Of a stretch of DNA of 64,000 nt, positions 1-13,160 are shown one piece after another (position 1 is the stretch's first letter; every line of letters begins with the position of its first letter). Below the pieces are notes generated by a model, which worked only from the letters and a program-made list of their open reading frames with translations, was not told where the DNA came from and made no database searches. The translations under genes and the position numbers were made by a program. This DNA comes from Camelus dromedarius (lineage: Eukaryota): positions 38,008,001-38,072,000 of the forward strand of contig NC_087447.1 in assembly GCF_036321535.1 (NCBI RefSeq). Direction: 5' to 3'.

Positions 1-1269
1 AGAACAGATATTACCTTGTAGATATTTTTTTAAGCCAGAAAAAAAAAATCTGATGGCAAGAGAGAATGATATCAAAACTTTTAAAGGGTGCTAAATATTG
101 AAGTTTTAAAAAAGAAAAATTCCTGAACTGTGCCATAAACGTGTGTTTCACCTCGCCCCCACCCCAAAAAAGACTGAAGGCTTATTACATCAGTATCATC
201 TGAGTATTGATAAAAATATTGTTTATCTTTATCACTCTATGCCAATTGAATCTGAATCTGCAGAAGTCAGTTCTGAGTACTGAATAGTTGCTAAGCTTCC
301 CAGGTGATTCTGATGCACAGCCAGTTTGGGGAACTAGCTCTAAACTGTCAAAGTCTTCACAATATATCCTTTTCCTTCATCTCACTAGTCAAGGTCAGCT
401 GCCTATGAGAAGCTTTCTATGATTCTTTTACTTACTAGCAAAGTGTCTGTGCTTCCTTTTATCCACTAATTTCTTATCTTAATATGGCATTTAATCAGAG
501 TGTGTTATCTTGTAGAACCATGAAATTGAGCTAGGAGAAGAATGGAGAAGAAGCAACAAAATATTTTAGTTCTCTCCACATTGGATATTTAGATTCCACT
601 TACTTACATTCAGTCAAGTATTCTCTCAGAACAACACACATATTAATATTCAAATGCAAATCTGTATGTAACCCACATTCCTGGCATGAAAGATCCTAGG
701 ATACAGTTTTCAGGGAGGGTACCACAGCTCACTTAGATTGATTGACTAAGTATTTTCCTACTGATATGCCTGACATGTAATTCTTGACCCAAAGTTTTAG
801 ACGGAGTTGAATTAATACTGAGAACCTAGGCTTAGAGCAAAGATCTAGGTTCAAATCCCAGCTGTACCACTCATGTGATTTTAGAGAAGTTGCATGACCT
901 TTCTACTTCTAGATTTCCTCATCGTAAAGTGAAAATACAATATCTCATATGGAATAATAACAAGAAGAATAACTAATAATAATTGGATGCTATGCTAAAT
1001 GGAAGATGAAGGGCAAAAGTAAATGAATAGTTTCTCATCCATTAAAGAAATGTTGGTGATCATACAACTACAACAGCTTCTAATCACAAAAGGACAACCA
1101 TGAGTATTATATCTCCAAACTTATGGTTCTAGTTAAAAAAAAAAAAATTCATAATCAGATCAAAGGAAAAACATTAAGATCTGGATATCATCAATTCAAA
1201 AATCAGTAATACCATTATATTATAAACTACTGACCTGAAGTTGAAGAAGATACCTTCTGCAGCAGGTTA

Positions 1270-1815
1270 TATTTTCCAGCAGTGGTTGCAATAACATTTC
1301 CCATCCGAAATTTTTTGTTTTTTAGAATCTTACCATATTTCCATCAAGAGATGGCATTTATGTCCCTCCTCTTAAACTGGATGGACCTTTGTGACTTGCT
1401 CAATAAACATGGAGTACAGCAGATGCGACACTATGAGACTTCAGAGACTGGGTTGTAAAAGGCAGCACTGCTTCTGCCTACCCCTAATTCTTGGATTCTT
1501 GCCCTTGGAATCCAACTATTAAGCCACAAGAAAGCCCAGGAGACATGGAGCGACTCATGCAGAGTAAAGCCAAGGGCTCCTAGTGTGCAGCCCCAGCTGA
1601 GCTCCCAACCAGCAGCCAACACCAACCAGCTGAGTGAGCCATCATGGAAATGGGTCTTCTAGCCCTCAGTCAAGCCACCTGATGCTGCACAGAGTAGACA
1701 CAAGCCTTCCCTGCCCAGCCCTGAATAAGTTACAGATTTCTAACCCAAATAATTGAATGTTTTTGTTTAAAGCCACTAAGTTTTGGAATAGTTTGTTATG
1801 TAGCAATAGATTACT
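1270..1815 (+). mobile_element. MLT1-type (MaLR) solo LTR
   Basis: Typical 3' end ...aagccactaagttttggaatagtttgttatgtagcaatagat. Confidence 0.75.
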
Positions 1816-2807
1816 CGAAAATTGCCTAATTCAATAAAATATGTTATATCAACACCAAGTCAACCTTTCTTAAATTAACTTGTGTTGTTAGAATGGAGTA
1901 TTTGGACACCTACTTAAATTAAGAATGTTATTCAAGATAGTGTTAGGACTCCTGCTTGGAATTTATAAAATGGATATATTTACTTAAGTTTGGAAAAAAT
2001 GTATGTTGAAATATGTTCATTACAGTGCTATTTCTAATAGCAAGGAAAAAAAGAAAGGCAACAGTGTAAATGCTCATTAGTAGGTAAAATAAACTGGTAC
2101 ATCTATATATGTAATGCTATACAGGCACTAAAAAGAAGATAAAGATCTAAATGTGCTGACCTAATTTTAAGTGAAAAATGAAAATTACAAAATTGCATAT
2201 AGGATGATCCTATCTGTGTTAAAATATATAACAGATACTTCACTTATATAGTTGTATAAAGAGAAACATTTCTGGAAGGAGAAATTAATAAGAAACTGTT
2301 AACAATGACAACTTCTGGGGTTATGGGATTGTGAAATTGAATTGGGAAATAGGAGCTTCTATTTCCCTTTCCACATTCTCTGTACTTTTAAATTTCCTTG
2401 TTTGAGTTTGGGTTTTATAATAAAAATACTTTAAGATGCATAAAAACAATACAGGTTTGCAACAATATCAAAATTACTTTTCAAGTTTTCTTTAGAACAG
2501 TTCCTTCCCTGAGGGGCATGTGTAGGTGTTGAAAGTGCATTTGTCCTCCCTCAGTGATCATACTGGTTCATGACAGCTGTCACTCATGGAGCCATTGACT
2601 CAGACTCCAGTGCAGGCAGCCATGGCTTTCATCTGGAATAGTAAAACTCTTTTTAAAAAAGTAAGCAATTTCACCAAGTTCTATTTCACTGTATGAATCT
2701 GAAGAACCATGAGTACAAGAATAAAACAGCCTTTGCCTTTAAATTTCCCACAATAATGCTAAGTGTTCCCAATAGTATACAGTTACCTTTGTATTCAGTA
2801 TGTATTG

Positions 2808-3225
2808 AGAATAAATTAAAGGATATCAGAGAAAGTAGGATCCTACACAGGGGTAATATTAGGAGTAGTAAAGGGATTAGGGAATTAATCACAAAACTAT
2901 GATAATTAAATGAGTTATTTGAGATTTAAGCTAATCACAAGATGTAGCACATCTAGCACCCAGATCTTGGTTTCTTCTCTATACTAGTTCCTGTTCTTCG
3001 TTCAAGCCTCAGCATTAGTGCCAGTTCCTCTAGGAACTGGCCTTTCTGACCACCAAGGTGGTTAAATCCCTCACTATATGCCCTATAGCTCCATACACTT
3101 TCCTTCTATAATGCTCATCACACAGACTGAAGCTGCTTGAAGGCAGGACCGTGACTTTCTTCTTTGCTTTTCCATTCCTAGCACATAACGCTGTAAACAG
3201 CACTAGTGGTTACTCTCTCTGTTTC
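2808..3225 (+). repeat. Inverted duplication, left arm (partner 12425-12824)
   Basis: 2935 tcacaagatgtagcacatctagcacccagatcttggtttcttctctatactagttcc is the near-exact reverse complement of 12653-12709; similarity extends over ~400 nt. Confidence 0.9.
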
Positions 3226-3725
3226 TATATAACATTCTCTAATAAAGTGTAGCAGGAATCCTTGGAGAAATAGGTGATTCTAGGGTTGGGGCAGAGAAAA
3301 TACAAGATAGGTCTGGAGCATCTTGTAGTGCTATAAAGTAAGGAGGTGCTCAAGTGTCCAAAGTGTGGGGTGAACTTAGTGATTCTCATCTGTCAGACAG
3401 AATATGAAAAGGGAAAAATAGTAACTTTGTAACAGAAGAAACTGGGAAGACACTACTTTAACCAAGTGATCAAGTTAACAACACCAGTAGTAAATTTTGA
3501 CATCAAGGACTCTCTGATATGATGCAATGAAAAAGGGACCTCTCTTCTGGGATATTCCATGGTAACCTTTATGTAATCATGAGAAAACCTCAGATAACCC
3601 ATATTCGGAGCAGTGTAAGAAGTATCTGACCAGTATATTTATAGTGTCAAGGTCATGAAAAAAATGAGGAAGGACTAAAAAGCTGAGGAGACTAAGGAGA
3701 CGTGACAACTAAAAGCAACATGGGG
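2940..3725 (+). mobile_element. Old L1 (L1MC/ME-type) 3' region, interrupted at 2976-3220 by an L2 piece
   Basis: tagcacccagatcttggtttct ... cttggagaaataggtgattctagggttggggcag...aaaatacaagat...ggagcatcttgtagtgc. Confidence 0.7.
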
Positions 3726-6700
3726 GCAATGTCAACAACCAAGCAGCATAAGACATTCCTTCTCTTTATCCCCCATTTTAGTCAACAAATTCGTCACCCA
3801 TACACAAACCAAATTGCCTTAGTCGGTCTTTTGGGTCCTAGGACCTCACCCTAAGGGACCCAGAAGCAGTCTCACCCACCATTGCAGCTGGTAAGAAACA
3901 GACAAAACTCCATACAGGCTGCAGAACAAGTGAAACCAGTGAAACTGCCTAGACCCCTTTGTCAGGCAAAGATTGAAGGGGTGCTGACCAAGCAGACATT
4001 CACACGTGAGAGAGAACGTGTAGAAGTCTAGCCTTCCTGGAGAGAGACTCAAGCATGCCTTGGGAGGGGAAAAAAGGGAAAGAAAAATATGAATTTGGTT
4101 GCTATGGAGGCAATAAGAGAAGCCTTCGCTTTGCTGCCTTCCTTGTCACTTGTACCTTTTAGTGTCGGAACTTTGAATCTTTGAAAGAATTCATAAAGGA
4201 AAAGATCGATAAGTAGGAAACTTCCATAAAAGAACCAACTAATCATGGTGAAAATGAAAACAGCAGGGAAAGTATTTGTCTCAAATGTTAGAGAAATGAA
4301 ATATTGTGTATAAAATATAAAATATGTAGTCTAATGTGTACAAATATCATAAAGGCCCAGTTAATGGCAAATGACATAAACAGAATGACATGCTGATAGT
4401 AAGCAAACAGGGGGAAGTGTTCAGGCTGCAACAAAATTCAGATTAAAGGACAAAGTACATTTTTACATCAATTAACTTGGCAAAGAAGATGTAATAATAT
4501 TAGTGCCATTGTTTACAGTGAAATTGATGAATACCTTTGACAGTTATAAAGCAGGAACTCAGCAGTATGTATTGAGAATCATAAAAACATTCACACCCTT
4601 TGACCCAGTAATTTGATTCACTGTAATTTAAACTGAGGAGATAATTCAAAAGGAGGGCAAATCCTCCTTTGTGTATGAGGCCCTTTATTGTAGCCTTCTC
4701 TGAAATAGCAGAAATTGAGAACAACCTAAATGTCCAACAATCGGAACAGTGAAAACAGTGAAGTAAATTGCAGTACATTAACTGCATGGAATATTCTGCA
4801 TCTCCAACAATAATTATGGAGAATATGAGATACAGCAAGGAGTTGTTCAAAACACTGTTTTCGTAAAACAAAATATCCAGTTATATAGATGTTTTGATTG
4901 TAACTCTGTAAAACATACCAGAATACAGACAAGGACTATGAGGGAGGAGAGAAAAATAGATTGTGTTTGCTCCTGCTTCTTCTCTTCCAAATATGAAGTT
5001 GGCAAAGTTTCTTTTTTGACATCTACACATTCCTCTAACTTCATTGCTACCTCATTTTCATAGTGCCTTTTACCCATTTACTGAGGATTCATGCTGCTCC
5101 AGGGTACCCATGACACTTAGAAAGGCAACAGGTAAATTTATTTATTAATTATTGAGGCTTTATTTTGTATTCAGCACTGAGATACAATCATAATTAAGAC
5201 CCCTCCCCTCTGTCCAGTGAGCTCACAGTTTACACACAGGTGAATAGGGAGATATTTACAATACAGTATAGGAGTTCAAAAAATGGTAGAGGAAAAAAAG
5301 GAAACTAAGTGGGAATCAGAGCCTTTAGGAGTTAAATATTTTATCTCTTTAAAGGGATTTTACATTTAAAAGGGGCTCAGGGAATTTGCTTTAGTTATTC
5401 TACTTCCTTCCACTTCACATATTTCCCTCTTTCTGGCTCCTCCCCTAGAGATATAAAAATGCTCAATCTCTCTTCCATGGCAAAATTAAGTTTTGTCTTC
5501 ACACTCCCCTTTTATCATCTGTCCAATAACTCTCCTCCCTTTTTACTCACAATCCCATATGTCTTGTTTCTAATTCCATACTGACCAGTTACTGCTTAGA
5601 ACACTGCCATTCAAGTTAGTTGTGATAATTAAAACCACAAGAAAAGACAGATTGCAAAGGAAAATATAGAGCTCATGCAATCCAGGTGGAGGAGATAGAA
5701 ACTGCACAGGGAAGGATGGACTCAGTGTGTCCCCGACCAGACAGCAATCCAGTGTGTCTAGGGCATGGTGAACACAGTGGGGAATGGCAGGAATCAAACC
5801 TGGAGATGTGGGCAGGAGCTCCCCCCCACCCCATGCAGGTAGTGCCTATTGGTCTGAGAGTTTGCACTTTATCCAAAGTGCAAATGGGATGGCATGGGAA
5901 GCCATGGAGTGGAGACACATCTCTGCTATTTCTTCTCTCCCCTCTATACTATTTGCACAGAATCTTCATGAACCCTGATCCTCATGGCAATAATAGGAAA
6001 TAAGTAGATTAGGTGACAATGCCTATATGACAGGTGAAAAAACTGAGATTTGACCAAGACAACATGACTAGTAAGTGAAAGGAGAGTGGTAAATGGGAAG
6101 ACTAATTGGCTTTGGAACTCCAGAGATAAAAGTTATGCCCCTTTCTTTGACAGTAATCCATGTAGATGACCTTTCCCTCTTGGCCTGTTGCTTCACCTGA
6201 GAACATAGTTCTGGAGGGATCCTCTCAGCTCTCTGCTATGAAATGTTAATATTTCTGCATTTCCCTTCAGTCTCCTCACCGGAGAAACTTACTAACACTG
6301 ATGACCTGGCCACAAACCAGACCACTTTAATCACAAAAATGTGGAGACGAGAGTGGAACTTGGGTATCAGCATTTTGCAAAGATACCATGAAATTGCAGT
6401 GAGAATCCAACATTGAAAACCAATGTAATAGAAGTCCCTGAGGCGCAGGCATGAATGAGGGCCACCCAGATCTGCTCTGCCCCTCCCTCTGCATCCTCCA
6501 TCACCTACTGCTCAGGTGCCTCCTCTCTGTCCTAGGGCTGCTCCTGAAGCTGCAGTCAGGCCAGGCCCCTTCACTGCTTTCCACAGTATTTACTACCACT
6601 CTCTGTTGACAGCCCTAATGGATTCTGCAGATTAAACAATCCCAGCAATCTTGAACTGTCCTGGGATTAGCCTGTCACATAATGGCAGAAGCTTCCCTTG

Positions 6701-8259
6701 CAACTGGTTCTAATTGAATAATTTTCTCTAAATTCCACCCCCTCCTTTCCTGCAGAAGCCCAGACTCTTAAGACAAATGGAGGTAAGCAAAGGCTGCCTC
6801 TAATGGGATGAAGGAAGAGAAATCAGCTGTCCAAATGGAGTCATTGTCAGAGCAGCTGCTATATTAAGTGAGAGACACTGAAAGCTTCAAATCCTTCTTA
6901 TAAACTAGCCAATCCTGGTGGGGAGGTGCAGCTAAGAGCCCTGCAGAACCCAGGCTGCATGCTCCAGGTTGGGATTTTCAAATAGGACAGGAGGTGATGG
7001 GGGTGCTCCTCTTCCCTGTTCACTTCCTATATCCTTCTTCTTCCTCCCCTTCTCCCCTGCTCTGTCCTTGTGTCTGAAAAGATTCCTAGGAACATTATTC
7101 CTACTCAGTTTAAGAGAGAAGTTCTCTCCCAAACCCATTCTCTGGCCTCAAGTGTCTTCCACTAGTAGAGGATCTGAGATTAAGATGCCTGATACCACCA
7201 GGCACTGATGCCTTCGTGGGAACAAGGATTCTGTGGAATCGTTGACCAGGGAATACTTTCAATGTCCATAAACTTCCATCAAGAGAGATACTTCACAGGG
7301 TATCTTCTTTATCCATTATTAGTTCACTCATTCAATATATATTTATTTTCAACACAAACAAGGTGAATCCCATGTTTCTTCTACAGGTTGTGTACAGCCC
7401 AGCAGCAGAGATAAATATATGCACATGGCAGGACACTCTCTGTAGCTGCAGCTGAGACGCCACAGAGATGGCACTGACAAGATTCTCTTGTCAATATACT
7501 CAGGTTCGTGGTCATTTGGTCAGTTGTGACCAAATCACTTGCAAAAAGGAGACTTCTGGGAGGAAAGACAATTGGACAGTGGCCATTGCCCTGGTTAATG
7601 ATCAAACAATTTGGATAGACTAGGGCTGTCCTGGTCAAGGCCAGAAAGCAGGAAAAAAGTCATGGCAATGAGAATGGTGTATAAGCACCCAGGAGTGACT
7701 GGGCTCCAAGGTCTTGGCTAGCAGGAAGAAATGTTGCTTATGGAAATCCTGTGCTGCTGGAAACAGGAAAATCCAAAATTAGCAACATATGTGAACACTG
7801 GGGAAAATGAAGAGTATAACTCAGAGCTGTTGCAGGAGCATCTTAAAATTGAATCTCAGAGTAGAAACCTACTGTGACTTAGGAACAAGACATCAGAGGC
7901 TCCCCAGTGCCTGGAACTGTGAGTTACAACCAAGCCAGCCCTACTCCCCAAGAGGAAAGAGCATGCAACACACCTAGGAACATTACTCATGCCTAGTCTT
8001 CTAGTTGAGAAAAACAGTTATGGTGACTCACTTTTAAATTATGTTTCCTAATGAGAATGCAGCAGAATGATTAATTATGTTGTCACAAAAACAGGGAGAG
8101 AACCACCAGCCTAATAGATAAAGTCCACTTAGCAAGGCATGCAGAGCCCCTTAAAATTAATTTCAGTCTACCTTTAGCCTCCTCTCCAGCTTCTGGCCAG
8201 TTTTCTCCATAATACCCATTCTGTTCAACAGACCTATGTGGTTTGGTTGAAATTGGTTC

Positions 8260-9100
8260 TCCCTCCGCCAGCTGTAAGGGTGGGTATAATAGATTTTAAA
8301 CCGTTACAAATTCTTACAGATCTTTCCATCAAGATGTAGGGACTTGCTTTGACCAATATAAGGTAAAAGAAATTATGTGCATGAGAACATGCCCCAGCTG
8401 GCTGGGTGGAGAGGACACACAGAAGAGAACTGAGGCAGCCCAGACAATCGGCAGTTGTAGAACTGACACCAGACAGGACCAGATGGCCCTGAGCTGACTT
8501 GCCAAGTGACCCTAAATGTAAGCATGAGCCCAGGCAACACCACACAGAAGAGAGTGAGCCATCCCAGCTGAGCTCTGCCCAAATTCCTGACCCACAGAAT
8601 CATGAAATAATAAATTGCGTGGTTTTGAGACACTAAATTCTGGAGTATTTTGCCACAGAGCCAAGGCTAATGGAAAGAGTGGGCAAAGCCAATCAGGGTA
8701 AATTCTTCCCTCCTGTCACAGTTGATGCAGAATACAGGCCAAGTGATCAGTGCAGGCTCAGGGGTGGTCCGATCAGTGAGAACCTCAAGGCCTTGGCTGG
8801 GGATACCTGGTCAAAGTTGCTCCTCCCTTCTCTGCATAGTGCGCTATGAGGTGAAGCTGGAACCATGCAGCCATTTTGCCACCTTAACAGGAGCCAGCCC
8901 GAGACCAAACCCTTACATGAGAACGCTCCACAAATGCAGAGAAATGGAGTCAGAGCCTTGATTCAATGTCTCTGTCAAACTGCACTGGAGCCTCACGTCT
9001 TCTCTAGACTTATAATTTTAGGAGTCATAAAACTTTTGGTTATTTAGGACATTTGACCTCGAAGTTGCTTATTTGCAATTGGAAGTGTCAAACTGATCCA
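8260..9100 (+). mobile_element. MLT1-type LTR fragments
   Basis: ctgagctctgcccaaattcctgacccacagaatcatgaaataataaattgcgtggttttgagacactaaatt and related MaLR motifs. Confidence 0.6.
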
Positions 9101-9254
9101 CTCTCAAAGCTCTATACCTGTTGTCATGTTCACTTCACCCATGAAACCCTGTTTTTAAAACAAAACCTTAATTAAATACAAGCATCAAAGGAAAGAGAAT
9201 GTGTTTAATTCAGGAGTGGGCAACCCAGAATTCTGAGAGCAACTTTTTAATCCT

Positions 9255-9680
9255 GTATTTGATCCCTAGGGCTGCTGTACAAAAGGACCACTAAATGGGT
9301 GACTTACAGCAACAGATCTTTATGGTCTCCTAGATGTGGAGGCTAAAAACTCAGGCATCAATGTGTCAGCAGCACCCTGCTCCCTCTGAAACCTGTAGGG
9401 GAATCCTTCCTTGCCTCTTCCTGGCCTCTGCTGGTTTGCTGGCATCTCTGGTGGTCTTTGGCTTATAGATGCATCATTCCAATCCTCCACCTTCACCTGG
9501 CTTCTCATGGTTCTCTCTGTGTCTCTTTCCATCGTGTACCCTCTATGCCCTTCTGTCTGTGTCCAAATTTCTGCTTTCTATAAGGACACCAGTCATATTG
9601 GGCTAGTGTCCACCCTAATGTCCTCAGCATAACTCAATTACCTCTCTAAGGACCCTATTTCCAAATAAAGTCACATTCTC
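9255..9680 (-). mobile_element. MLT1-type LTR
   Basis: cctaggggctgctgtacaaa...tataaggacaccagtcatattgg...ccctatttccaaataaagtcacattct. Confidence 0.75.
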
Positions 9681-12424
9681 TTTAAGACTTATTTAATTTA
9701 ATTTGCAGAGATCAGCAAACCACAGCATCTCTGCAGAGTCATCAGCAAAAAAGCTCAATGTTATAAGTCACTGTGAACATTGTGGTTGTTTGTTATGCAG
9801 CATTATTGTAGTAATAGTTGACTAATAAATTGACGGTGATGATGACGATCTCTGCTTAGAGAAACATTTCTACCTTTGGACTCCCAGCAGGAGGGAGCTC
9901 AGAATAGCAGACTATAGAGAAACTACCTAGATACATATGATGTTAATATTTCATTTTCATATAGAAAACTGATACCCAGAGATCAGAATAATCATCCAAA
10001 ATTTCACAGATTATTCACTGACAGAATTGCAGCTAGCATATGCCTCAGTGGTAGAGGGATCACACATCCCAGTTTGTCCAGGATGGTCCCAGTTGCCACC
10101 TGTTGCCAGCAGGTAATAATTACTAGCTCTCCCGTACTCTATCAAAGTGGTCCTGGTTTGAACAAAAAATTATATGATTACCCTACTCAATGGCTAATGT
10201 TCATAAAAGTTACTTTGGAAGTTGTCAGTGAAGATGATTTCAGTTATAAGTAAAAGAAAATCCAACTCAAACTGGATTAAATAGTAAAAAGATTTACTAG
10301 CTCATGAGGAAGGTGGAAACACCAAAGGCTTGGTTTACTCTGACCTGTCTGAAGCACAAGGCACTTACTCCAAAGGCTGACTCCACTACACTGGGACAAA
10401 GTGCATGGTGACAGCCTCCTTCCTTATTTATGCCCCTGTGCCACATGATTCCTCATTCCATTCCCAGAAAAGAAGAAAGAAATCTCTGAGCCCGTATCAC
10501 CCTTCTCCCCAAAAGCAAAGAAGCTTATTTCTCAGAGGCTCCCAGCAAAGGAATGCTGTTCTCCTTCACCTAATTCTGCCTATATTTCCATCCTATCACT
10601 AAAATCTGCAGCCAAAGAATAGGGTCACACTAGTCTGAAACAGAGGTCCATCTCCTGGGACCATGGGTGGACTCAGCTTCAGCCAAGTGGTTGGATGGGC
10701 AGGATTGGCATGAACACCCAACAAAAAACAAGGAAATTACCAAGAGAAGGGGAAATGGATGTCAGGGAGTCACCCTCCTATAGATTCACTGTAGAGCTTG
10801 TTGTGTTCAAAAGGCAAGTGGGGTGTCTGCCTTTAAGTAATGAGTGCTCCAAAACACAATCCCAGAGAGCAGTAAGCCAGTTATTTCCAGGGTCCCCATC
10901 AGGTTGGGAGACTGAACAGCACAGAGGGGCAGAGGGGCATTTCATCTGTACCTACCGTCTTAGTCTAAAAAGTGATTGGCTCAGAGCATCAGATACACCT
11001 GGGTTTGAATCCCAGCTCTGCCTCTTACTTTGTAACCAAGTATATACCTTAAGTCTCTATTGGTCTCTGATTCCCACAAGTAACCTGGGGACAATAATGT
11101 CTACTTCATCATGTTTTGAGAGAATTAAATAAAGCATTTAAAGTATCTAGAACAGTGCTAAGTACATAGGTAATCAATTTTCTTTCTTTGGGCCTTACTT
11201 ACTTGTTAGAGAGAACAGAATCAGAACAAAGAAGATATAACAGCCTGAGTCATTGATCTTTACCAAAGAGAAGATCTTATTATCTGGGTTTATGAGTCAC
11301 AGCTTGCACCTACATCCCCCTGGTTCCTGCTGCAAACATGCTGACTAATTCAGTTTGGCTACCCTTTTTCTTCACTTGGTTGCCTGCCACCTCTGTGTGA
11401 GTCTTTCATTAGTGTTTTAATTAATGATGTCATAGTCTTCTTTAAGATCAGATCCGTTTAGAGTCCACAATTTGGTCCCTACAGATCCTAATCCCAAACA
11501 TTATATGTGAGATTACTTATTTTAACACAAGGTCTGGGAGAAGCTCACTCTAGTCTCCATGAACCTAAACACCTTCTCTCCCCATCCTTCCTCTTGGAGG
11601 AGAGGGTGAAGTGAATTTAAGGCTGTGAAATCCTCCCATAAAATCAAAATCACTAGGGAGGCAAGGTTAACATTTTATGCATAGCTAGAGGGCCAAGATT
11701 TCATAGACCCCAAATCAAGCAAGCTTCCCTGAACCTCTCACTACCCTCCCCTAAAAGGACATTGCAGTCAAACCTTGTGTGACTTGAATGGTATTTAGAG
11801 ACCAAGATGAGGGTGCTGGATGTGCTGCATCTTTTGACAAGTTTAAACGTCAAAGAACGCAGCACTGCTTTGTGACTGATTTCCTCATCTCTTTATCCTC
11901 ATCTTTCCCCTGAACAATATCCTGCCCCGAATCTCTCCAACACACCTTCATTTACTCATTCACTCTTTTATTCAACAATATTTATTGAGCTCCTACCATT
12001 TGTCAGGTCTCCTTCTACTTGACACCGGGAATACTGTTTCCATTTAGATGGCCTAGGTGCACAGTGTCTGAAGTGATAGCCCTGCTGACATGTAGGAAAC
12101 GGATAGGAATTAGTCAGCAAAGAGAGGAGGGATGAGGAACAAGGTAAAGGAAAGGAAAACAAACACATGTGCTCCCCAGAGCATGTGCCCAGGGGGACAG
12201 TTAGAGACTCAGAAGAGTTGTGATTCTAATTCTATTGTTTAATCAGATAATATCATTTTATACTTGAGAGTAGCCCCAATCCCTGACCAGTTGTACTCAC
12301 TCTGGAAGAGAAGGTAGGGGATTTATAAAATCTCCAACGACTCAAACAAATGAAACACCAAACCAATGAGAAAGACAAATCAACTATATATTCTAGAGTA
12401 GTTGTGTGTAATTTAAATCAATAA

Positions 12425-12824
12425 ATATATAGAGAGAGAATAACCACCAGTAGTGTTTACAATGCTATGTCCTGGGGATAGAGAAGTATACAAGAAAGAC
12501 ATAAAAGTGTGTCTCATCAAAGTATGATGAGCATTATGGGAGGTAAGTGCATATAGCTGGCTCCATGGCACACACCAGGGGTTTTCACAACTTTGGGAGT
12601 AGAGAAGCTTCTAGAGAATGTGGCACTAATGCTGAGGCTTGAAGGGAGAGCAGGAACTAGTATAAAGAAGAAACCAAGGTCTGGGTGCCAGATGTGCTAC
12701 ATCTTGTGATCAACAAGAACTCATGTATTATCATAGTTTTGTGATGAATTCCCTAATGCCCATACTACCCCTAACCTTTCACCTGAACAGGATCCTATCC
12801 TGACTCCCTTTAGGACCCTTATTC
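12425..12824 (-). repeat. Inverted duplication, right arm (partner 2808-3225)
   Basis: Reverse complement aligns to 2808-3225 including the same L1/L2 junction. Confidence 0.9.
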
Positions 12825-13160
12825 GGTCACTCAGTTGCTCAGTCGTTCATCCAACAGTTAAGGAAAAGCACTCTGGATTTGAGAACAGCCTGAGGGAAGG
12901 CAGGATATGAAAAAGGGTATGGTGTGTGCTCAAGGAACTGAAGGCAATGCCTGATACCTAGAGAGAAAGGAGGAGAAGAAAGAGAGGCAAGAAATGAAGC
13001 TGGAGACTTGGGGAAATGCCAGGTCCCATAGCTTACTAGTCATTTGAGGGTTTTTAGGTATTATTCCAAGGGCAGTGGAGACTCATGGAAGGCTGCTAAG
13101 CCAGTGAGTGACCAGACCTGGCTTCCTGGCTGCAGTGGGGAGGGTGGATCAGAAGGGTGT
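12430..13160 (-). mobile_element. L2 fragment, interrupted at ~12665-12850 by inverted L1-derived piece
   Basis: Purine-rich L2 3' motifs (gctgaggcttgaagg...; gggcagtggagactcatggaagg). Confidence 0.6.

Noticed and set aside
4500..11132. Longer ORFs at 4500-4871 (-), 5686-6003 (+) and 10695-11132 (+)
   Set aside because: No recognisable domains; they overlap old L1/MIR-derived or ordinary intergenic DNA and are within chance length
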